A stretch of 64,000 nucleotides of DNA, taken from assembly GCA_025786725.1 (NCBI GenBank), contig JAHLTZ010000041.1, positions 116,744 through 180,743 of the forward strand. Direction: 5' to 3'. This document shows, piece by piece, positions 55,704-64,000 of this stretch (positions within the stretch are counted from its first letter, which is position 1; each line of letters begins with the position of its first letter). Under the pieces are notes generated by a model. It saw only the letters and a program-made list of their open reading frames with translations. It made no database searches and was not told the DNA's origin. The stretch is from Syncephalis fuscata S228 (Eukaryota; Fungi; Zoopagomycota). Made by a program: the position numbers and the translations under genes.

Positions 55704-58700
55704 CTATCGTGTACCAGGTGTGATACGTGCTTGAATAGAAAATACATCGGGTACGCCCATCTCTGGAGTAGAGATCTATAGTGACAAATAAACTGTTACT
55801 AAATACACATTATTAATACAAGTACCGTAATACTTACCTCTTCTAGTTTTTTAGATTGCTCTTTTGCTTTATCGTCATCACTTGCTGCTGCTTCTACCTC
55901 TTCGGTAGGAGCTTTGGCACAACGATAAAAGCCACATTTCTAATTATACAAATAAATAAATTATATTAGCGCTATTATCTCTAGTATTCATATAGCTTAC
56001 CTCAGACCATGCATCTAAACAGATCCAACAGAAACGATAGCCGCAATAGAGACAATCAACACGATTGCAGCCATCATCGCGATCGATAAGTACACAGCAG
56101 TTTGGACAAGGTTTGCTATTATCCAGTTTCCATTGTAGATCATTCTTCATCTCATCCATACTGCGTGTACCTCGTTCAAGCATCTGTCTCAAGTATTGCT
56201 GACACGTAGTGCCGCGGTGATGTGTTTGTTCACCACACTGCATACAGATATCGCGAGTGCACTTTTGACTATTGCGCAATAAAAAATCAATAAAGATGAA
56301 TGGTTACAAGTTGTACGTACCAGCGTGTTTTAGGAAACTGGGCCACTACTTTAAATTGCAATTCGCGCCAAATAGCCGGTTCTGTTCTAGTTGACAGAGT
56401 GCCACAATAAGGGCATTGGCTTCAATGTCACGCGCCGATAAAGCACGTGTAGTTAGTCGTCGTCGTTTTCGTGGTGTCATTGAAGGTGAAAATGAAAAAG
56501 ACGAATTGTATGCTGTGGGTAATCCAGAAGGCGTTATATTGTTTTGTGGCTGTTTACCTTCACGGATTGCTTGTTGATTTGATGTTGAGCGTGGTAAAGT
56601 AAATTCTTTAAGCGTAAATGTATCCATAAAGCTAAAAGAGCTAATATAAGTATTTGACATACCATCTATACCTATACTAACCTTCTACGAACAGTCTCTG
56701 CGACATACGAAAATATATGTTCAATATTAATTTCTTCGTTATCGTTATACTCTTCAATAGCTTTAGCAAATCGTGCCAATGTATCCTTGGCCAGATCATC
56801 AAGTTCTCTTTGGTCGCTTTGATCAAAAAGATACACTTCTAGCTGTTTATGCAAATCATTTAATGCTCTAATAGTAACGATTAGTCACAGTACTATATAT
56901 TTATACATATATTACTAAATACTTACTTGACACGTTCTTCTAGATCCATATCAGTATCTGGGGGCTGGATAGCACTAATCTCCTCGCTACAATCGCCACA
57001 GTGCCGAGAGAATGGACGGTAAGGCTGGTTATACTCGTCATATCGGCTGACTACTTCCTCTGTAGCATACTGTAAAGAGTTAATAAACACTACTTATATA
57101 CATAATGTGTATTATTATATATCTTACCTGTTTCCATTCTTCTTGAGCTACTTCGTTCATACATACTGGACATTTAACTTCGGTAACTGAAAGGCCCCAT
57201 GAATTATTAACGACTTCTGCAATGTAGCGTTGGAAACACTCAAAACAGAACTGATCGCGGCATGGCTGCAGGCAAAACTCTAGCTTTTTATCAAAGCAAA
57301 TAGAGCAGCGTTCTTGCCAGTATTCCATAGTATCGGGATCAGGCGCTTCTTCCTCTTCTTCCTCTTCCTCTTCAGCCACAACGTCGTTATTATCATTCTC
57401 GTTGGCTGGCGGTGAAACGTTTTCAATGGCCACTGGATGAATGGATTCGGTCTCTAATGGTGCGGCATGATTAGCTTCTAATACTTCTGCCATGTCTTCT
57501 GCTCTTTTGGGCAATCGACCCGCCGTCGTGTCCGTACCAGCCGCGAGCGACGCCGTATCGGTTTGGTTGACAGTGGGAGGCAGAGCTATGTGATAAAGTT
57601 GTCGTAACAACCAAAAGGTAGAACGGAAAGAAAATAAAATCAGAAAGAAGCCTGGAAAACAGCACCAAAGAAAAGTGCGAAAAAGTAAATCACGTCGATT
57701 TAAGTGCCGTTGTACTGCCACGGGCAGTAGCTTTGATGCAAAGGAAAAAGGAGAAAATACGTTCATAAAATAAAAGTCCCAAATAGCACTGGCCTCTGAA
57801 TTGATGCCGACAGGATTATAGCGCTCACCGTTAACTTCTGGATCTTTTGAGTTCTCGTTTATCGGCACTGACTCTTGTTCAGCTGTTTCGGCAGCTGGCT
57901 CTTGTTCAGTTGTTTCGGCAGTTGACTCTTTATTAGTTAAAGTGGTGTCGATGGTTTGATTAGCAGATTCAGTACTATCAGCTGTTGAATTGTTTTCAGA
58001 TAGCGTAGTAATAGATGTTGTGACTTCTGATTCAGTTGCTTTTAATAAACTAGTTTGGTCTTCACTTGAATCGGACTCCACTGCTTGTGGGGTAGTAGAT
58101 GCAGTCACAGTCGGTGCTACAAAAGGTACTACTTCGCTGTTTGAACTATTAGTCAACGAAGGGAAAGCGTCTGGAAGTACAGTGCGAAGGGCAGCTAATG
58201 ATGTAGCAACCGAGTTGATGGCCTGTTCTACAGTAGCCTTTGAAGTGTCTTCATTCAGGGGGTGTTGGCCTGCAGCAGTTGTTGCTTCCGTAACTGGCGA
58301 TGCTGTTGGTGGCACCTCAGTCACAGCAGGTGTATTTTGCTCAGTTGCCGAGCTATGTACAAGTACTGCTTTTGCTTCAGCCTCTGCTTTTGCTAAAGCT
58401 TCAGTACGTGCAGCTATACTAGCTTGGAAGGCTACAAAATTTTGAGCAGCTGCAGCAATTGCCGAATGAACCGTAGCCAATTGTGCACGCGAAGGACGGA
58501 ATTTAGACGATAAAGGTGACCGATAGACAGGAGTAGCTATAGGCCGCGAGGCAGTAGGCTCAGCTGTCGGTGCTATAGAAGAGGATAAAGAAGTACAGTT
58601 GGTAGAGGGTGAAGATGAGTTAGTCGATACAGAAGATAAAGTAATGACAGGAGGAATTGCTGTGAAAGAGAATGAAAACTGGTCCAGAAAGGGAGATGGA

Positions 58701-59161
58701 AAGTCAGGTGTGACGGTCAAAGTAGGCGGTGATGCTATCTCTGTTAATGTCGTATTTACTGCTACGGTCGTTGTCATTATCGATACTGGTGCTGTTGTTA
58801 CTGTTGTGGCCTCTATCATTTGTTCTGGTAACATAGACGTGGGATCAATAACGACGATATTGGTTTCCTCATGACAGTTTTTAAGGGATCCCGACTTGAT
58901 ATTCAAAAACGTCGATTCGTTAACACGCATCACTGCACGCTCATCCATATCATCTTCTAAATCGCTATTATCATTGCTACTGCTACTGCTGCTGCTCATA
59001 GTAGTATTATTATCATTACTAGGAGACAACGACGACAGGTCAGAAGAAGATAATAGAACCGTCGATTGTATTAAATCAGGTGCCATAATACTCGACAGTG
59101 CATCAGTATTGGCGGACAATACGTTTACTGACGTCTGTTCCTCAGCTTCTGTCATTGGCAA
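55704..59161 (-). CDS. RBR (RING-IBR-RING) E3 ubiquitin ligase with long S/T-rich N-terminus and a hydrophobic segment
   Basis: RING1 CSICFD...CRDQFCFEC...CPVC; IBR CMQCGEQTHHRGTTC; RING2 KPCPNCCVLIDRDDGCNRVDCLYCGYRFCWIC. Confidence 0.85.
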
Positions 59162-60020
59162 TGTTTAATGTTTACCTGGATTGTAAGGTACTACTAAAAA
59201 CTCAATAAAATAATGATACAGCTGGATGTGCGTATATAGGTTATAGTATGTGTATGTGTGTATTTGAGTGAGTGAGTGAGTGAGCGTCAATAAAAGGAAC
59301 AGACAGACACAGATAATTCAAATAGCATTAAAATATGGCTATTTACATGTTTTATTTGGGCAGTTCAAAGGCTGCAACAATTATGTGTACACGATGACTC
59401 GGCATTAACAACTAGTACATATTCTACTGTGTAATAAAGCGTAAATAATTATGTCACTGAGTACAACGCTCCATCACATTGAGTCATCAGCACCATCAGA
59501 TCTTAATCTGTTTTAGTGAATCAAACTGGATTGAAATCCATGAATACTCCAATGGTTTGCGATGAGCATGCTAAACAGCCCAATTTGGTCACAGTGTCAT
59601 GCAGAAAAGATTTTCTTTGCTAGCGTTGACTGTTTTAGTAAATATAAACAACTATTGGTGTGAACTGGTGTCATGGTAAATACATTTTATACTGTTCTAA
59701 AAATACCGGATAGCATGAAAATAAATGGCTACGGCCTTAGTTGTGGATATTCAAGTTGAATGATTATTTATAGTGGCAGATTGGTAGTACAATTGAGTAG
59801 CAGATGTCAGTGGATTGAAAAGCGGCCCTATACAATTATCCGCTTGATGCACGGGGTTCTTCATACAATGTCTTGGCAATAACAGCTTTAAAAACAATCA
59901 AAACGTTAATATCTACTATTTAATATATTCTTTTTTGCTATACGAATAATTGCGCACGTTATATGTTTTATTAAATGTAGTTATTTGATTCGCAAATTAA
60001 ATTAAACATTTAATAACATT

Positions 60021-60096
60021 CGGATTCGAATTTATTAGCTTAAGACAACGGTACGTAGGACCTAAACGCGCATTTGCAGCATTTGCCTGCCGCCCC
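60021..60096 (-). mobile_element. 76-bp insert with 19-bp target-site duplication, probably the 3' end of a 5'-truncated non-LTR retroelement
   Basis: TTAAACATTTAATAACATT occurs at 60002-60020 and 60097-60115. The GC-richer insert ends AATAAATTCGAATCCG on the minus strand. Confidence 0.65.
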
Positions 60097-60118
60097 TTAA
60101 ACATTTAATAACATTTAA

Positions 60119-60445
60119 TCTATTGAGCATGATGACGAGTGATAATGACATTAAAGTTTAAAATACTCATCATTATAGAGTCATTATCCAGTTTGCATAT
60201 GTTTTCTATTCACTTATATCATTGCCATTTTATTCCATATTAGCTACATTTCGTTTATTATATATTTTAATATACTTTATTCAGTCCTCTCATCATATTA
60301 TATGCCTTATAGCTTTAACATTATTTTTTATGTTTTTCTATTGTATATTTATTCTATTCAATATAATTCTATTATATAATGGCAATGCACTATTCAAAAT
60401 CGCTGTTTTTGCTACTAGCTTTATTATCAACAGGCTTTGACTGAT
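60119..60445 (+). repeat. Dispersed degenerate repeat, copy 2 (partner at about 29398-29626)
   Basis: Colinear shared blocks with the 29.4-kb copy. Confidence 0.6.
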
Positions 60446-63400
60446 CAATATACCTCAATGGGCAAAACAAATAATATAAAACAAATAATACAAGTATGTT
60501 GCTACGATCCCGATATTATAAGTATATTGGCATAATATTATGAACAGGAAATGGTATTAAGTGTTAAATGACTTTTAAATTATATTTATTATCTTGTTGA
60601 TAAACATGTTCTAGATTAATGCGTGTTTTTGATGTCATATGACTTTTTAATATACTAACTATTATGCTGACAACTCGTTCTATGATAATAAGTAGTTTTA
60701 GTGTCAAGTGACATATTGTTTTAGTTTATTCATATTAACAATATAACATACAATCTACGTCACTACATTTCCCTTTCCTTGCTTTGTACTTGACAGTATA
60801 TATACATTGCATATGCTTGCACATTGCATACATGCCATCTAGATAGTGGCAGTAGTTGACTACTAGTTAAATGCAAACACTATTTACATTACTCTCTTGT
60901 ATTGCTCTTTTCAATCTTGCCTTATTTGCTAATTACCTTCTTTATTCCAATCATTGGTGCTGGCAGCTTTATTAACACAGTAAGTGCATTTATGGCTTAT
61001 TTGTATGCTATGTTAAGTGTATACTTTGTTTTTGCTATTGAATGCAATTGCAAGCCATTTGGCAATAGCTTTGCTACCTCAACAATGGTAGTGCGACCTA
61101 TTACTGTTGAGACGGTACAGGCTGTTGTCAGCACGATCCGCAGTGGCAATCTATGGCAACCAAAGCATACAGTAACTTTGGCAGCATATAAATATCACTG
61201 CCATCATTTACAGCTGTGCTGGCTACATGCACTGTTACCTCTTTGCTGTTTATTTTTTTGATTTATTTCACCGCTTAAGTAGTTTTGTTCATCAGTATTT
61301 CTTTCTGAACAGTGACGTTTTCAAACGTAGCAATAGTACAAGTTCTAGCACGTTTGGATTTGTAGACTGTAGTATATTTAAACAGATAATGCTACTTGGC
61401 CATTGTTGTTAGCTATTACAGGCTCTACAGCCTATGGAACTATCAGCAACAAAAGTATAGCATGTGCATGTGTGTATATGTCTGAGTAAGCCAAATCAAA
61501 GCCTACAGACAATATAATTAGTAGCAAATAAACGAATTTTACTAATAAGGCATGATGGGTAGAGTATAGAATAGTCTAAAACTGAATAAATCAATAAAAT
61601 AGCCGTGAAGCTATACATAGACAATTGAGTAGGTACAGTGAGTTGAAACTATAGCAAATAAAACTAGTGATAACAAATATCAGTTGTAAATAGGCTGTGT
61701 TTATTACATGATCAATCAATATACAATGTAATAAATACAGAATAGTAATGATATAGATGAATGAATGGTATATACATACGAGATACTAAATCTATAATAA
61801 TGCGTATTTCGATGACTAATGTCGCTCACCATTCGCTTTTATTTCGTACATACAAATACGTAGTTGAACCGTTAGAGTGCTATCGAGTGTAGTCATATGA
61901 ACTCAATTGTATTAAATTGCAAACAAGTTGTTTGATATTAATGCATTATACTTGGCACAAATGAAATAACTGAATAAACCATCAATGCTATTATTTACAC
62001 GAATGATGCAGCTGTATTTATAGCAAATATAGCTAATTGTAACATGTTAATACTGTAGTATGATTCAAGTAACTGAATACTGTTCTACAGTTACCAACAG
62101 CTTTAGTTTTAGTGCTATTACAATAAAGTGAATAATCTATTTAGACTGATGATAAATGAAAACATTTATAAGAAAGTGGCCGTTGTTTAACAACTATAAT
62201 CAAGGTAGATACAGTAGCAAGATAAAAACAATGTAATATCGCGGTGCTTACGATACCATATATCAATAAAACGATATATACAATGGTTGTAGTATATGAA
62301 TACAACTAACTAGCTGTCAACAGCGGTGCAGTTTGTTGTTCAGTATATTACTTGCTTTGCTAATTAGTATGGTGCTGATATTAGTACTACTAGCAACAAT
62401 AAACACATGTTTATGTCAGCCTACTGATACATCAATTGTTATACACTCAAATGAACATGTACACTATTGTAAGCAATTAAAGTATAGGTCACTGTTTGCT
62501 GCTAGCTAGCCGTTATTAACAGCATCGACAACTGTAGGCAAGGTTGGCCTTAATCGACAATAAAAATGACTGAATGTTGTTATAATACAAAATTACAGTA
62601 TTATAAGTACGTAATTGTCTACTAGCGATTGATCCATGACATCCACCATGGAATCAAACAACATGCCAAAATAACATGTAAATAGCACAATAAGAGTATA
62701 CTAAACACTAGCACTAACAATCATAAAAAACAGCTATCCAAGGACATAGCTAGTAAATAATTGTTATTTACTGACATATGAGCAATCATAGGAACAAGCC
62801 TCAAGTTCCATTAACAATAGTATTTACTATAAGATACTAGCTTTATTGGATTACAATAAATATATCTATATATTTGGTTATATATTCATTCTCTGCCTTA
62901 GCTACAGGTGCTATTTAGTTGTTAAAATCTTAACTGTAATAATTGATAATTGAACAGAAGAATTATTTATTGTCTATTTTGTAATAGCATTAGGTTCATG
63001 TTATATTAATGTAAGCAATTAATTAGTAGCCACTAGCACTTAGATGATAGAAGTAAGCGTATGCAAGACAATAGTCATTAAGTTGCTAGTCGTTACAATT
63101 TAGTGCCAGGTTGTTAACAATCAACAACTATCCTTATATCAATACCAGTACAATATCATTTCACCATATGATAGTGATAGATTTGTTGCTATTCATGGTA
63201 TATCTACAAATAAACACAGGCAATTTTATTGCCAATATATATATCTAAAATATTCACCATCCTATGCTTATAGCTAATACAGCATAATTGTACATCTCTT
63301 GTTATTTTAACTGTTTGGTTAATAGTTAATTATTGGATGCAAATATACCATGCTTATAGATATAACAATTTGATTGTATATAGCTATGATGGAACCATAA

Positions 63401-63634
63401 GCTTATTACATGTTTGTGCAACTGAATAGAAACAACTAGATGCAAGCTTGTTGGTAAAATAGTGATTTTATTGGTTGGAGGTGCATAAACTGAAGCATTG
63501 GCCAAAACTTGATATATAAATAGAGTGAACAGTGTAGTTGTCAAATAGTCTTGCTTTTCACCAAACATATACCCAAAGAGTATTGGACTAGTAGTTCAAT
63601 TGCGCTACCAATGCTAGTTTCTTGAAATCATCGA

Positions 63635-63844
63635 TTATGCGCATTCCGCCTTGCATCTGCCAGGCTTGTTGCATTTTTCTTTCATGCTAGGTTTAGGGAC
63701 TCCTTCACATTCATTAATGCATTCCTTGCATTTAGCAGGATTCTTGGGGCCACGACGGACTAAGGCTGGATTGGCATCCACCATGGCTGTAGCGGCTATC
63801 AAAGCCACAACGACGGTGCAAACGACGGCAATGGAAAGCTTCAT
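63635..63844 (-). CDS. Intronless small secreted Cys-rich pre-pro-peptide (69 aa), paralogue of the micro-exon gene
   Basis: MKLSIAVVCTVVVALIAATAMVDANPALVRR-GPKNPAKCKECINECEGVPKPSMKEKCNKPGRCKAECA* has a signal peptide, an RR site and 6 Cys in the mature part. Confidence 0.85.
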   Translation of the reverse strand: MKLSIAVVCTVVVALIAATAMVDANPALVRRGPKNPAKCKECINECEGVPKPSMKEKCNKPGRCKAECA

Positions 63845-64000
63845 GATGATGTTGATTTGTTAAGACAAATAAATAAAAGAGATAGTAGAGTGTGATTGGT
63901 ATAGAGTGGAGAGTAGTGCGTGTTTAGCAGAAAGTAGAGTGTGATGATGATATTGCAGTTGGTTGTGTGTATTTTGTGGGCTATTTAAACTTACGGCTAT

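Noticed and set aside
60500-63450. Second micro-exon array or hidden genes near the paralogue
   Set aside because: No periodic AG-NNN-GT pattern was seen by eye on either strand. The ORFs there are short and AT-rich.

Overview
This is eukaryotic, AT-rich, intron-dense fungal DNA. Short (about 50-80 nt) GT-AG introns with CTAAY branch points and the gene content suggest an early-diverging fungus, possibly Zoopagomycota or Mucoromycota (inference). Most of the window is tightly packed housekeeping genes: RBG1, TMA46, HAM1, PA2G4-like, CUL3, COA4, ARP3, SQS1-like, KAE1, mS34-like, ORC6, MESH1, uS15m, WASP, Nudix, CCE1, PUP3, NDUFAF8-like, MSE1, VAC14, DPP1, IWS1 and an RBR ligase. Two gene-poor islands (about 28.2-37 kb and 59.2-64 kb) carry secreted-peptide genes and retroelements. 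Main finding: the apparent 83-bp satellite at 33.3-36.0 kb is an array of spliceosomal introns, each separated by exactly 3 nt. It forms the body of a secreted pre-pro-peptide gene (32859-35984) with 28 consecutive 3-nt micro-exons in phase 1. The spliced frame stays open and ends at a stop codon and 3' flank that align with those of an intronless Cys-rich paralogue at 63635-63844. One array intron carries a tRNA-derived SINE with a 16-bp TSD. Several conserved genes show single-base frameshifts that are probably assembly errors. Exon boundaries were read by eye.
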